The notes: generated by a model not told the origin, from the letters alone. A stretch of DNA of 63,836 nt, filler included, from Octopus bimaculoides (GCF_001194135.2; 4 parts of 4 records of this genome joined end to end with filler, not necessarily neighbours in it); one strand, 5' to 3'; numbered from the whole stretch's first letter, positions 37,393 to 50,129 are shown. Translations and numbers: made by a program.

Positions 37393-37875
37393 TTGAGGGA
37401 ACCCGTGGAAGAGGTAGGCCCAGGAAGACCTGGGCTGAGGTGGTGAGGCAAGACCTTCGTACATTGGGCCTCACCGAGGCGATGACTACTGACCGAGACC
37501 TTTGGAAATGTGCTGTGCGTGAGAAGNNNNNNNNNNNNNNNNNNNNNNNNNNNNNNCCATTTTGAGCGTGGCCGTTGCCAGTACCGCCTGACTGGCTCCT
37601 GTAGGATTTTCGAGCGAGATCGTTGCCAGTGCCCCTGGACTGGCTTGTGCGGGTGGCACATAAAAGACACCATTTCGAGCGTGGCCGTTTTCGTGCGGGT
37701 GACACGTAAAAGCACCCACTACACTCTCTGAGTGGTTGGCGTTAGGAAGGGCATCCAGCTGTAGAAACTCTGCCAAATCAGACTGGAGCCTGGTGTTGCC
37801 ATCCGGTTTCACCAGTCCTCAGTCAAATCGTCCAACCCATGCTAGCATGGAAAGCGGACGTTAAACGATGATGAT
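37393..37875 (+). mobile_element. RTE LINE 3' fragment (same family as 30433-33547)
   Basis: RGRGRPRKTWAEVVRQDL..LGLTEAMT.DRDLW, then a 3' UTR ending CCCATGCTAGCATGGAAAGCGGACGTTAAACGATGATG. Confidence 0.9.
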
Positions 37876-38470
37876 AGATATGTGTGTTTGGAGATAAGTA
37901 TGTCAAGTTCGCAACTCAATCTTGATTAATAACCGAGCTACTCCAATTGATTTATGTATTATATGCTTTCAGAAAAGACATGATTGTTACAGCATCTCAT
38001 TTCCCTTTCAATATATTTCTAATTTCACATGCAGAAATATGAAAAATGATGAGTATTTTTTAATATAAGATAGTAAAAATATTAGGTGTTTTACATTTCT
38101 CATTTGGTGCCTGAGATTTTCACATTCATATCCCACTGGGGTAAACTCTACATTTCATGTTTATGGAATCAATAAATAAACATCAAAAATATATACTGAT
38201 ATCAATTATAACAATTGGCCTTCTGCCCACTCAAATAAAATCATTATTAGTGTAGTTTTATAAGAATACATTGGTGCATACATACAACAACCAGAACCGT
38301 CTAACATTATTTAATTGCATTTGATTAATTAATCTTAAATGGTGCATGGCATAACTGTGCACTTTTGTGTTTGCTATTAACTTATTGAAATACTGAAACC
38401 AGATTATAAAGATTAATCTTTACCAGAAAGTATACATATATTTATTTATTATATATAAGTATGTGTATAT

Positions 38471-38619
38471 AAGCAATAATAAATCTCTGAACAAGGTATA
38501 AACAGTAGCTTCACGACAACGTGAAGTATATTAGTGGTTAGCCACATTTAAGTGGCAAATATACTTCACGTTGTTATGTAGCTACTGTTTATACCTCGTT
38601 CAGAGATTTATTATTGCTT
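38471..38619. repeat. MITE-like foldback: 62-bp inverted arms, 25-nt loop
   Basis: Arm 38471-38532 versus the reverse complement of 38558-38619 differs at only a few positions. Confidence 0.9.
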
Positions 38620-38935
38620 GTTTACACTTTTTCGAGATCAGTGACTTATTGTCACTGGAAAAAGGATATATGTATTTGCATTGGGACCCCTTCGCGTCGA
38701 TGACCGGTGATTGTCGTGCGATGATGACGGGTAAATACCTAGAAACCCGGATCCGTGTGTATCATGTCGGGTCAAAGATGGGAAGGATGGCTTCCCTTTG
38801 CAAATACTGATAGGGCACAGAAAGTATGTCAGTAGCCAACTGGAGGAGGTATCCTCCTGGGGTTACAAGCTACAGTAGCATCCACCCTTAGCAGTTAGCC
38901 ACATTTAAATGGCAAATATACTTCACACGTGTGTG

Positions 38936-38975
<40 letters not shown>

Positions 38976-38994
38976 CATACATACATAGGTACTG

Positions 38995-39413
38995 GCATAC
39001 AGACAACTGTGTGCTTAAGAATCTCCCTTTGCAACCATGTGGTTTTGTGCTCAAATCCCATTTGTGACATCTCAGGCAAGTTCTTCTACTGTAGCCTCAA
39101 ACCAACCAATGCCTTGTGAATAGATTTGGTAGACAGAAACTGTACTGAAACTCATTGTGTGTGCGTGCGTGTGTGTACGTGTACATGTGCCATTGTGTTT
39201 GTCTTCCACCACCACCATTTGGCAACCAGTGTTGGTTTACTTATGTTTTCCATAACTTAGTAGTTTAACAAAAAAGACCAATAGAATAAGTACCAAACTT
39301 TTAAAAAAGAATAAAGTACTGGGGTCAATTTGTTTGATTAAAATCCTTCAAGATGGTACCCCAGCATAACTGCAGTCCAGTGACTGACTCATGTAAAAGA
39401 AGAGATAAAAGAT
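38995..39413 (+). mobile_element. SINE family A, old full-length copy
   Basis: GCAACCATGTGGTT...GGTAGACAGAAACTG...AATAGAATAAGTACC...GTACTGGGGTCAATTTG...AAAAGATA. Confidence 0.8.
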
Positions 39414-39879
39414 ATGTATCAATTTACTTGTTTGCAGTATTCCATTTATGAGAGAGAGTTAGGTAGCATATATAAGCTTTTTTGTCTAGCTTACATATTT
39501 TCTTCGAGACTGTATTCTATGCTCTTTATGCAAGTTAATTTCAGTCATCTACTTGAAAAAACTTATTTCTCTTGCTAATCTGAATATTCCCCAGCTACAG
39601 AAATGGAAACTCTAACTGATCAGTTATGTTCCGTTAGTGATAGGCCTAACAGGCTTTCCAGCTTAACTCACTTCCTTGTCGTTGTGTTCTTTTGATAGAG
39701 TTTAAGTCAGTTAAATTGTAACTCCATCAGTTCTCCATTGACTGCTCTAAGCGAGTTAAGTGGGTAGCAAATTAACACCTTCCCTGAGTAAATCAATCCA
39801 CGTCACTTGTACAGCTAAAGCCAACGACTTCAAAAATCCCAAGTAATTGTAGTGATTCATTTCCCTTATACTGAACACA

Positions 39880-42800
39880 AGGAAAATCACTACTAGCAGT
39901 TTCACTACAAAATTACCCACCACCTCTAACGAGAAGGAGTGTATCCTCTAAAGCAGTGATTCCCAAGGTGGGGCGTACGCCCCACTGGTGGGGCCTGAGA
40001 AAATTCAGGTGGGGCGCGGGGCATAGACGTGGGCTGTGAAATCGTAATAATTTTATCGATTTATTGGGTGTTATGCACTTTCAGTGCCTGTTGTTTCAAT
40101 TCTCAAGCTATTTTTTTGTATTTTGAATACAATTTTTTAATTTTTGATTTTTTTCAATTGTAAGTAGGCCCACATGTACTTGTAAATGTGAGTGGACATG
40201 GGAAAAGGTGGGGCGTAAAAACTTTTGCTATGAAAAAGTGGGGCGCCGGGAAAAAAGGTTGGGAAACACTGCTCTAAAGCTTTTAAGATGTCAGTTTAGA
40301 AAGTAAAGGATTTTTTCATGCATCTCACAGCCTGTAAGATCTCACCTCCAAAACATAGGTCACCATGGATGAAAGTACAGCATAGAGGTGAGGTTTTCAA
40401 CAGTAGAGGATGAGCCAAGAAACACTCCACAACAATCTTAATGAGTAACGAGCTGGTCCTCAAACTAATCTATCTTAGTTGAAGGGTAATAAGAATTAAG
40501 ATTGTAGACATCTCCCCAGAAGTAAAGATCTATTGGTTGTTGATAGCTGTATTCTTTGACGTATAGGACAAATTTCAATATTTTGCTGGACCAGAAGCTG
40601 CAGAAACAAAATTGATCAAGCCAAAGGATGAAGGTATTAATCTAAATGGATCACTCAGGCATGGAATCCATTCTGAACTTAATTTGCCAGATGGCTCGCA
40701 ATTATACATGGTCATTGAGGGTAGAGAGCTAAGATGTCACTTGTGTGGTGACAAAAACCATCTCAAGGTTTTCTGTCCACTGCAAAAGAGGCGAGAAGCA
40801 AGTCCTCATCAACACCACCACTTCTGCTGCTGCCATCACCACAACGGGAAAAACAGGGGCAGGACCAACAGTAGCTTGCAACCCCAACAGCAACTGCAAC
40901 ACTAAAAACCAACAGCCACCAATTAGTAATAATAATAGTACCACCACCAACAACAACAACAGTGGAAACAAAACAACAAACACTGCTCTTAAGGGCTATC
41001 ACATCACCAACTGCAACTGAAAGCTCCCAAACAATAACAATAGAATAAAATGACAATGACCCCAAGACATGCTATTCAGACATATCGTGTGGCGAAGGTA
41101 GCGAGGAAGGAAATAAATGGCAAAAATTAACAAACAAGAAAAGGGGGAAAGGAAAATAACAAGCCAAAAAAAAAAAAAAAAAAAAGCTGGGCGATTCAAA
41201 TTAATGGAACAGACACTACAAACAACAACACACCAACAACACTCATACTGCCTAAACTATCGTCACAATCACCCACAACCATTTCAAACACCAGCCAATT
41301 CCATTTGGCACCCAAGTAACAACAATAACAGAGAAACGTCATCAGCATCGCGGCCATAAATACAAACAACAACAATTAATGAAACGCATGCATCAATACC
41401 AAAATATTACTAAAAGTGATTTCATTGCAACAACACGTATACAAATTATCCAAACAACACAAAATAAATACAACATTGTAAAAATACAAATATGCCAATG
41501 GATTAGGAGACTTAGGAGGGAACATAAAAAATGACTTTATAAAGAACTGCTTGTGGAAACACCCACAGTTAACCTGAGGAACTGAACATCTGTTCCTTCC
41601 ACGAAATTAATGTAAATCTTTCTCATTTTCTACTTTCTGTCTAACATAGCTTTACTCAAAATAGTCTGTAAATACACGTAACCTAGAGACGCATTGGAAG
41701 CAGAGCCAACTGCTCATCAGGCCACTAGACATACACGAGGTGGACATCATTGAGACAAGAACTTCCGATTCACGATCTCTCGCCTCAATTTTCGCTGGAT
41801 ACAAGATTTACTTACCTGAAAGTCGATCGAGAATGAAGGTAGGGATGGAATTTGCTGTGTTGTTTCCAAAAGCTCTGGTTCTCACAATACAGATCATCTT
41901 GTTGATTCAGAAGGCAAGTTGGTGTCACTAGACGTGACCGGCAGTGAAGGCCATACCTTCAGATTCATAGTTGTCTATAGCTCAATAGGAAACGAGTGAA
42001 CAGATTTCTTAAGTGTCTGGAGTGTTTCGTTGGAACCCAAACAGATATGTGTGGCTTTTCAGCACCACTTCGCTCGAGTATAAGGGACGAGTGGCAAGCT
42101 GGGGATTGCAGAATAGACTTTTTGTGCCTACCTCGATAGCCTGCCTTGACACTCGATTTGAGTGGCGGATCGTTGCAAAAAACAGATTACAGTTGCAGAA
42201 ATACAGAAAGCGATGGTTGGCTGCACGGCAGGCTAATCGTCTCGTTTGGATGGACTGCTCTACGAGCTTTACTTTTACATGCTAGATTTGTTTACCAACC
42301 TTTTACCTGTCATTTACTGCAACTGGCTGCAGAAGAGGAGTATTCTCTGTTCTATGAGTGGAGGAGCGGTGGAGTTGCTGAGAAAGTACCCCAAAAAGCT
42401 GTGGACAGAATGATAATTTCAGTCCATAACTCTGCTAAATGCAGGCGCTTGTCGTTGATGGTCTAATTGGTAATGTGCAAACATGCGGTATCCCAAACAA
42501 GTGTATCCATGATAGTTTCTATCTCATGCAATACATCATAGAAAGGATAAGTAAGGAATCGGACATGGGTGGGTCCCTGATAAATTTAGATCAATCGAAG
42601 GCTTTCAGTAGGGCCGATCATCAATACTTGGTGGCTGTTCATTCCCGTCTTCCGCGGATGGATTGCCGTAGTGCACAACGACATATACCCAGTGGTTATG
42701 GTGAATGGTCACTTATCGGAATTATTCAGCATCATGCGATCGATCCGTCAAGGTTATCCCCTCTCGTCTCTTCTGTTTGTATTTACTCTTGACTCACTAC

Positions 42801-43720
42801 TGCAGAAACTAAAGTCATTGAAGAGTAACCTGCTTTTACCAGGATGCAAAAGAAACGTACCGTCATAGTCGGTTGACGTTACTGTTTTAGTGTCAGAGTC
42901 AAGCTGATTGAGGTAATTGGCACGGCTTTAAGGAATCACGACGCATTGACAGGAGTAAAAATCATCGAAGAAGTTACTGGCCCTTCTGCTCGGCGGCACC
43001 TGGTGAGGTTGATTCATGCCGTCCAACAATGACGTACGGATCTCCAAGTGGAGAATAACTAGGACATGGTGACGAACAGAATTACTAATTTCACACAGAA
43101 ATGGGCCAAAGCTATCCCCGAAAGGATGAGTAGAGGTGGCGAACGCTTAGATCGCTTCCGTCGTATATTACCGCCTGATCGTTGTGCCTTGCCCAGTTTA
43201 CGTCTGACTAGGCTGGGGAGTCTGCGCTTCACTTTCTGTGGAAGGGACACGTTGCACTGGTCAGGTGCTTTATTTGCTTTCAACACCCCTGAGTGGAAGA
43301 CTGGGTATGTTGTGGCTGGTGACACGTAGATATGCGCTGAAGCTGCGACATCTCCAGCATTGCTTGGATATTTCCAACAGCTCGTCTCTCTGATAAAAAT
43401 TGCAGTCCTGGGTCAAGTAAAGATTAAAAATGGGCGCTTGGCGTCTGGAATGTGGTCAGGTGCTCACAGTCCTGTACTAATCGGGCAGTGCGGTCGTTGG
43501 AATTTCCACTATGGTGTTCTAGAGGATTATAGCAGTCAAGAGCGATGACGTTTTTGAGAAGAACTTGGGCATCGACGAAAATCAACTAGCTGGTCTGTTC
43601 TGGAAGACTTTTGGGCCGCTGCCCATGGATAATTTCCAAAGATCCCTGGCCTTACAATACTACCAGTGGAGTACTGCCAGCTCGACATAAACTCACTATC
43701 AGCCGGGCCTGCCCGAAACG
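39880..43720 (+). mobile_element. Tx1/L1-clade LINE, long and heavily decayed (ORF1 with CCHC knuckle; ORF2 APE, RT, C-terminus)
   Basis: VEVRFST..; IEGRELRCHLCGDKNHLKVFCP (CX2CX4HX4C, 40735-40776); DSEGKLVSLDV..FRFIVVYS; QTCGIP..IHD...GGSLINLDQSKAFSRADH; VNGHLS..SIRQGYPLSSLLF; LGIDENQLAGLFWKTFGPLPMDNFQRSLA. The 5' boundary is approximate. Confidence 0.85.
39954..40271. mobile_element. Non-autonomous hAT (Charlie-like) MITE, 318 bp, with 8-bp TSD
   Basis: TSD CTCTAAAG at 39946-53 and 40272-79. TIRs CAGTGATTCCCAA / TTGGGAAACACTG (12 of 13 match). Subterminal GTGGGGC at 39968, 39988, 40009, 40208 and 40238. Confidence 0.93.
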
Positions 43721-44519
43721 CTCCTTATTGTGATCCCACATTGTATCGTGGGATACAATGTCGTCCTGATCTTTTAGCGAACCTTAGCGATTACTGAGGA
43801 AATTGTTGAGGATCTTTTCTGGCTAGCTACCAATTTTCACTCTCTTCAATTTCTGTTCGAATTTAGTTCATTTTCGGTATAATGATATAGTTTTATATAC
43901 TAGTCAATGCCATGAAATTCATTTTCGTCAAATATCGATGAGCTATTAACTTTTAAAATGTTAATTTGGGGTAATATTAGCCAATCGTAAGCCACAGGCA
44001 CATTTATGCTTGTTTCCATAGTAACAAGCCAAATATTAGAACTCTTTTGTCTGCGAGATAGCATATGCGTTTACAAATATGTTCTACGCGAAATGTGTCC
44101 ATTTGCTGCTTGTACCCTGGTCGAGAGATGTGCTAAAATTAACAGCCCAATAGGCCTCAAATCACGAACCCTCATTTTTTCTTTTGGGGTAGGGGTTTGC
44201 ATAATCGCATGAATTTCCTAGTGTAGAATACAAATTCGCAAAAATTTTCTGAAAATTCAAAAAAAATAAGAAAGTTATAAGGGGTTATATGTCATGCGTA
44301 AAGCAGAAGTTGATTTATTTACAGTTTCATATTAAAACACGTTGTCAATCCATGCTGCCACGCACAAAATGATAGCTTCCAAATCCTGTTTTCTGACTGG
44401 GTGAAAATTATCAAACTTTAAACCCCCTATAACTTTTTTTTTTTTTTAATTTCTGGAAAAATTGAAATATTTCCTGAGATTTAGCTTGCAAAACTACATT
44501 AATACACCAGAATCATTAC

Positions 44520-44690
44520 CGCACCGGGTAAAATGCTCAGCGGCATTTCGTCTGTCTTTACGTTCAAATTCCGCCTGGGTCAACTTTGCCTTTCATCCGT
44601 TCAGAGTCACAGTCAAGTACTGGGGTCAATGAAATCGACTTATCCCCCTCCCTCGAACTTACTGGCCTTGTGCCAAAATTTGAAATCATT
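44520..44690 (+). mobile_element. SINE family B
   Basis: GCACCGGGTAAAATGCTCAGCGGCATTTCG...CAAATTCCGCC...GGCCTTGTGCCAAAATTTGAAATC. Confidence 0.85.
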
Positions 44691-46234
44691 ATTGTTTTGT
44701 TGTTGTTGTTGTTGTTCACAAAATCTATAGTAAAAATTACTACAGACTGGGTTGTTCCTCCTATTAGTGGCTCTTTCGATGTATTCTTGGATGAACGGTT
44801 AATGTAACATCGCACGACTGGGCAATTCACGTTCTAGAAATTAGATCTTGCGTAGACAAAACTATATATACATACATATATATATAACCCAGATAAATAC
44901 TTCCTGCTCAATTGCTTAAAAGTACTTCATGTGTAGTGTTCTTGTAAACAAACAAAGGAAAAATATTGTATTAAAGTACGTATCGGACAGCAGTTGTAAA
45001 CTTTTTCTTCTTATGTATAAGATACGGGTTTGTTTCATTTATTAGTACATCGTAAATATCTTTATGAAGTGTCTGTTTTGCATTTTAAAAGTTAATCTTT
45101 TGTTGCAAATATTCATCAACTTAGGATTCATTTTTGTTTGTTTTGTTTTTTATGGCTTTGTGTGAATGGTAGGTGTGATCCTGATGACCTGCCTTATTTT
45201 AATGACCTTCCACCTCCACCTCTCTACCACTAAAATATGTTATGTGGGTCGAGTTATGCTATTAACTCGACCCTCCACCGACCTACCTGCAACTTGCACT
45301 ACAATCCATACCATCATTTAACCTTACTGCTACAACTGCAACGACTAATATACATTACATTCACCAGCGGCAGCAGCAGTAGTAGTTTATATTCTTTTGG
45401 TAGAATTACTTCCAGTTTAATGAACTTTAAAGCATTTTTCAATCCTTCGTTGTTTTCGTTTCTTCGGTTCTGTTTTTCTTTTCTTTTTCTTTCGTTACTT
45501 TTTTTAAAGTCTTAATTACTTGATAATTAAGAGAATGGTTTGATGGCAATTAATTAAATTTTAATTAGTCTCAAATGCTGTGTGATGAATAAAAAGGAAA
45601 AAAAATTTCACTAATAATTCACTTTCTCTTTTCCTCCACCTCCTCCTCCCCCTTTGTAAGATGTCACATACAATTTTAGAGAACTTAGTATACAGCCTTA
45701 TTCAACCTTTAATCAGTTTGTACTGAGTCACCTTAAAGGAAGTTACTCCTCCCCTCTCACTCCTTGAGTCCTTGTGCTTACTTAACCCTATGTTATTTTT
45801 TGCTTTTAGTTGTTTTTTTGTGTGTTGGGGTTTTTTCGGCGACGATGTCTTCTTTTCTCTCTGTGTTACCCCTTCACACCCCAGATTTTGATGGTACACA
45901 CCGACTGACTATTGAGAGGCGACTTAATTATTCTGTACTAAGTGACCGCTTCGGCATTTTTGTCTGGTTATCTTAATAGGAGCGATGCGCACGCGAGTAT
46001 TTGCAATGTTTGTGTCTGATTATGTGTGTGCACGATCATCAATTGTGGGAATGTTTCGCAAACATGACCGTTTCTTTAACCAAATACGAGGTTCTCTCCA
46101 ATCTGCTTTGTCTAATATTGTTCCAAAATTTCGATCAACAGATCATATTGGAGCAATGTCTATTGCATTTTTATATATATGTTGCTTGAATGATCTCAGC
46201 TGATCGTAGCCTTTTTAATTCATTACATTCATTA

Positions 46235-46305
46235 CGCCATTTAGCTTAATGGTAGAGTACTAAGCTGGTATTCGAGGGGGTACGGGTTACACTCCCGTAG
46301 CCGCG
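46235..46305 (+). pseudogene. tRNA-like sequence (tRNA pseudogene or orphan SINE head), anticodon position GGT
   Basis: D-arm GCTT-AATGGT-AGAGT; T-stem ACGGG/CCCGT is perfect but the loop is TTACACT; acceptor stem 5 of 7; anticodon stem 3 of 5. Confidence 0.55.
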
Positions 46306-46659
46306 TGCTAATAACTTTTTTTAATGTGGTGCTCCAGTATGGCCGCAGTCAAATGACTGAAACAAGTAAAAGGTAAAAGGTATATATGAAGGACCATAAT
46401 GTATTTGCTTTTAGTATACAAAACGTAATACCCTAAGGTATCTTCTCTCAGCCATATTGTTAATGCTTAATGTGAATTAGTATTTGTGCCTCAAGTCTTT
46501 ATTATAAATAGATACACGCTAATATACATTATTTTATTTTCCTCTGTTTCTTAATGCTAATTTTATTTCGTTTGAGATAGAGAGGATGGGTGTGCGTCCA
46601 CGTATGTGTGCGTGTGCGCGCACTGTCAATGTTAAATTATTAATATTTGTTCAGGCCTG

Positions 46660-46880
46660 CATGTCAACCGCATGGAGTTTTAAAGATAGAAACGTGAGCA
46701 GTTACGAGTTAACCGGAGAACCTCTCTTGGTCGCTTAAACAGAAAAAAAACTAATTCTCCCTTCGGAAAGGGAAGACACACACACGGAAATGCAAACCTA
46801 AATGCACACACACATACACAGAAAAAATATCCGAGATGGTCAATACCGGAATACCTTTTGGTCTTTGGTCTGTTCGATGG
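46660..46880 (+). mobile_element. Dispersed family D element (SINE-like), decayed
   Basis: GATGGTCAATACCGGAATACCTTTTGGTCTTTGGTCTG resembles the reverse complement of 49075-49112; it ends in an AAACAGTAATAAT tail. Confidence 0.5.
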
Positions 46881-47514
46881 GGTTAAACAGTAATAATTTA
46901 TGCATTTATAACCAATTTTAAGAATATAGCCTTACCTTTATTTATCCAGGTAGAAAAAAACTACCACCAATCACTATAATCCTTGTTGTATTGTATGTAA
47001 TGAATTCTTCCAGTTCATTGATACACCCACTTTCGGAGCTATGTGCCTCATTATTAAATCTCTTCTCGCCCACATCCACCCGTTGTGGTCTGCCGTTTTC
47101 AACATCAAAACATCTGAAACGTTATTGAGTAGACCTGAGTTAAATAAACTCAATTCCTTTTATTACAGTTTTACGCCTTTATCCTCTTTTATCTTTTTCA
47201 TCTGAATTTGTCATGCAAATTCCCTTTGTGGAAAATCGTGTCTTGTTTCTTAACAAGCCTCACATAATAGTTTGCTAAACTTGAATGCCAAGAGAGGGAG
47301 GAGAAAAATTAAGTTCAGTTTTGCGGTACAATTAACATTTTATACACTTAATTACCATGTGTCCATTTCAGAACTTCAAACGTCTTATATATATAAAATC
47401 TACATAAAAATGACTGTTTAACTAGATCAATTAATCATACGTTAATTATATTGTTTTCTTGCATAAATTGTTCAGTTTTGAGCTTGAATTCCCAAAGTCA
47501 TCTTTTAGTTTTTC

Positions 47515-47720
47515 TTTATTTATTCCCTTACTTTTTGCTTGTTTCAGTCGTTAGATTGCGGCTGTGCGCCGCCTTGAAGAATTTTAGCTGAATAAATCGA
47601 CCTAGTCTTTATTTATTATAGCCTGGTACTTATTCTATCAATCACTTTTGCCGAACCGCTAAGTTACGGGGCCGTAAACACACCAACACCGGTTATCAAG
47701 TGTTCGTGGTGGGCAAACGT
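47515..47720 (-). mobile_element. SINE family A, 3' half
   Basis: TTGTTTCAGTC...CCGCCTTGAAG...GGTACTTATTCTATC...GCCGAACCGCTAAGTTACGGGG. Confidence 0.8.
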
Positions 47721-47934
47721 ACACACCCGCTTATATATGTACAAATTCACACACACACATACACAAATATACCCTGCAGTTTCTCGTTGCTGACCCCACC
47801 AAAGGGGAGTAATATCGTTAAAGGCATGAAATTGCTACGATCCTTTAGACGATAACTGAACAGGATTTAGCGACATTCTATGGGTGTGCTTTCCATTTAT
47901 TCCATTTATTTGTACTTCTATATATTTTTTTAAC

Positions 47935-48012
47935 ACGATGCTTGAACAGAGACGTGATGTATGTTGCGTAAAAGAGGTAAGGTGGAAAGGAGCTTCAGCC
48001 AGAATCCTCACA
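47935..48012 (+). mobile_element. RTE APE N-terminal fragment
   Basis: TMLEQRRDVCCVKEVRWKGASARILT resembles the D(I/V)CC.QE.RW.G motif of RTE endonucleases. Confidence 0.6.
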
Positions 48013-48724
48013 TATGCTAACTTTTTTTTTTACGTCAGTACCTGTGGTGTGTGTCACTTCAAAGGAAGAAATAAAAAGGTTGAAGGGAGAGGTACAAAGA
48101 AAAAGTGAAATAAATAGTGTTAAGCAGTGGAGGTATAGTTGAAAAGAAGCATGTTATGGACCATGGTAATAATATCGATCTAAATCACCAGTAAGTCTTC
48201 TACACAAGCTTCCACTATCAAAAGTAACGGCTACGCTTGTGCTCAGCCAATAAGAAACTAGTTACGTGGTACAGAGTAGAAGTTTGAATTTAATCTGATT
48301 ACTGATAGTTTTTGTGATATAACCACCCACCCTGAAGTGCCGAGTAAGAAAGATTGTAGTATTTAATTATATCCTCTTATGTTCTGAGTTCGGATCATGC
48401 TGGTTTCGACTGCATATTATTATTTTTTTTTTCGTTGATCAACAAAATAACAAATACCCTGACTCATTGGAGATGACTGAGTTACATACACATTGCTGTA
48501 ACTCTTTTCTCTTTCATGATCATCATAACGAGATTCTATGTGTGCTTACAAGGATACGAGAGATTTTAGCATAAACCGATGGTTATTGTTTTGTAATTAT
48601 GTAATATGACTAATGGCTGTACATTTAAACTATGCATATTTCTGTCTGTTTCATCTCTATTCTTATTCTGTCTCATAGACACACACACATATCTCTGCAC
48701 AGATCTTTCTTTGTAAATATATTG

Positions 48725-49065
48725 TCATCATTTAACGTCTATTGCCCATACTGGCATGAGTTGGACGGTTTGATCAGAACTGGCAAGCGGGAGAGCGGCA
48801 CCGGGCTCCAGCGTGATTTGGCATGATTTCTACGGCTGGATGCCCTTCCTAACACCAGCCACTATACAGAGTGTGCGGAGTGCTTTTACATGACACCGGC
48901 ACAGGACTCTTGCCGGCCAATAAGTCTTCACCAGTGGGGGCGGCCTTATCGCTTCTGCTGTGGGGTACGTGTCTTCTTGAATCCAGTAAAGCGTCAAGCA
49001 TTTCGGTCCTTTGTCATCTCATTTGAAAGGTTTATTGTCCTGAAGGTCATTCTTTAGTACTTTAG
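48725..49065 (-). mobile_element. RTE-family 3' end fragment
   Basis: Minus strand KVLKNDL/RTINLSNEMTKDRNA*R, then a UTR with GGAAGGGCATCCAGCCGTAGAAA and a TAGACGTTAAATGATG tail. Confidence 0.7.
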
Positions 49066-49200
49066 CTTATTTCAGCAGACCTGTGATCAGAGGAATTCCA
49101 ATTGTAACCATCCTTTTTGTTCGGTGCACTCCCTTTTAAGGCAATGGTTTGTGCTGTGATGGATATTTAGCTGCTATTTCTAGCACTAGGCGCCCTCGTT
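49065..49200 (-). mobile_element. Dispersed family D fragment
   Basis: ATTTAGCTGCTATTTCTAGCA is the reverse complement of the family-D core. Confidence 0.55.
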
Positions 49201-49630
49201 AGCTCGTAAACATTGTAGCATATAATTATAGTGTACTCTCTTAAGATATGCCTTGTGAGTTTAACATGTAATGGACCTTTAGTATTGTTGGTCCTATCTT
49301 CTTGTTCTCAATGTCAGGTTGATTTTTGGTCGCAAGTGAGAGTTATGCGCTGTAAAGAGGGACGTCCCATTAACTCAATTTTATACGACTTTTGAATGTC
49401 GATATTTAGGGACACGTCCGTTTATGTTTGTTTAGGAGTGATTAAATATATGGGCCGTTTTCTGTCTACCCAATTTCACTTACGAGGCTTCGATAGACTT
49501 GAGGCTATAATAAAAGACACTTGCTCAAGATGCCACGTAGTGGTTGAGAAACGTGTTCAACTATTCGGTCGCACTGCATCTATCTATGTATAACGACCTA
49601 ACGTATCGATACATATTGTATACCTCTTTG

Positions 49631-49675
<45 letters not shown>

Positions 49676-49676
49676 C

Positions 49677-49920
49677 AATCAAAGGTAGAACAGCAAAAGC
49701 ACTACAAACGGAAACCGTCAAAACACAACATGCAGATAAAGGACAAAAGCACGACAACGGCAAAAAGGACAAACCAAGATACACGGCTCATTCGCAGCTA
49801 ACTGCCTCTTCAGTCGAAATCCGGAATGTCCGTTTGCCGTTGTCGTGCTTTCGTTCCTTACCTGCATGTTGTGTTTTGACGGTTTCCATTTGTTGTGTTT
49901 TTTCTGTTCTACCTTTGATT
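49677..49920. repeat. Foldback element: ~94-bp inverted arms, ~57-nt spacer
   Basis: Arm 49677-49770 (AATCAAAGGTAGAACAG...GGAAACCGTCAAAACACAACATGCAG...AAAGCACGACAACGGCAAA) is complementary to 49828-49920. Confidence 0.92.
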
Positions 49921-50129
49921 TATCCATGTAGCGCTACGTACTTGTTGCTTACTATATAAATATAACACATAGCTGATAAATATAATAAACGCCTTTGTGT
50001 ATTTTTGTTCCTAATAGAAACCGAACTCGTGACCCTCTTTGTTAATTGTACCACTGAACTATACGATTAAAAAAATTATGTGAACAATAAGAAAAGATTT
50101 ATAGTTTTGCTATACATCGTCCTGTATCG

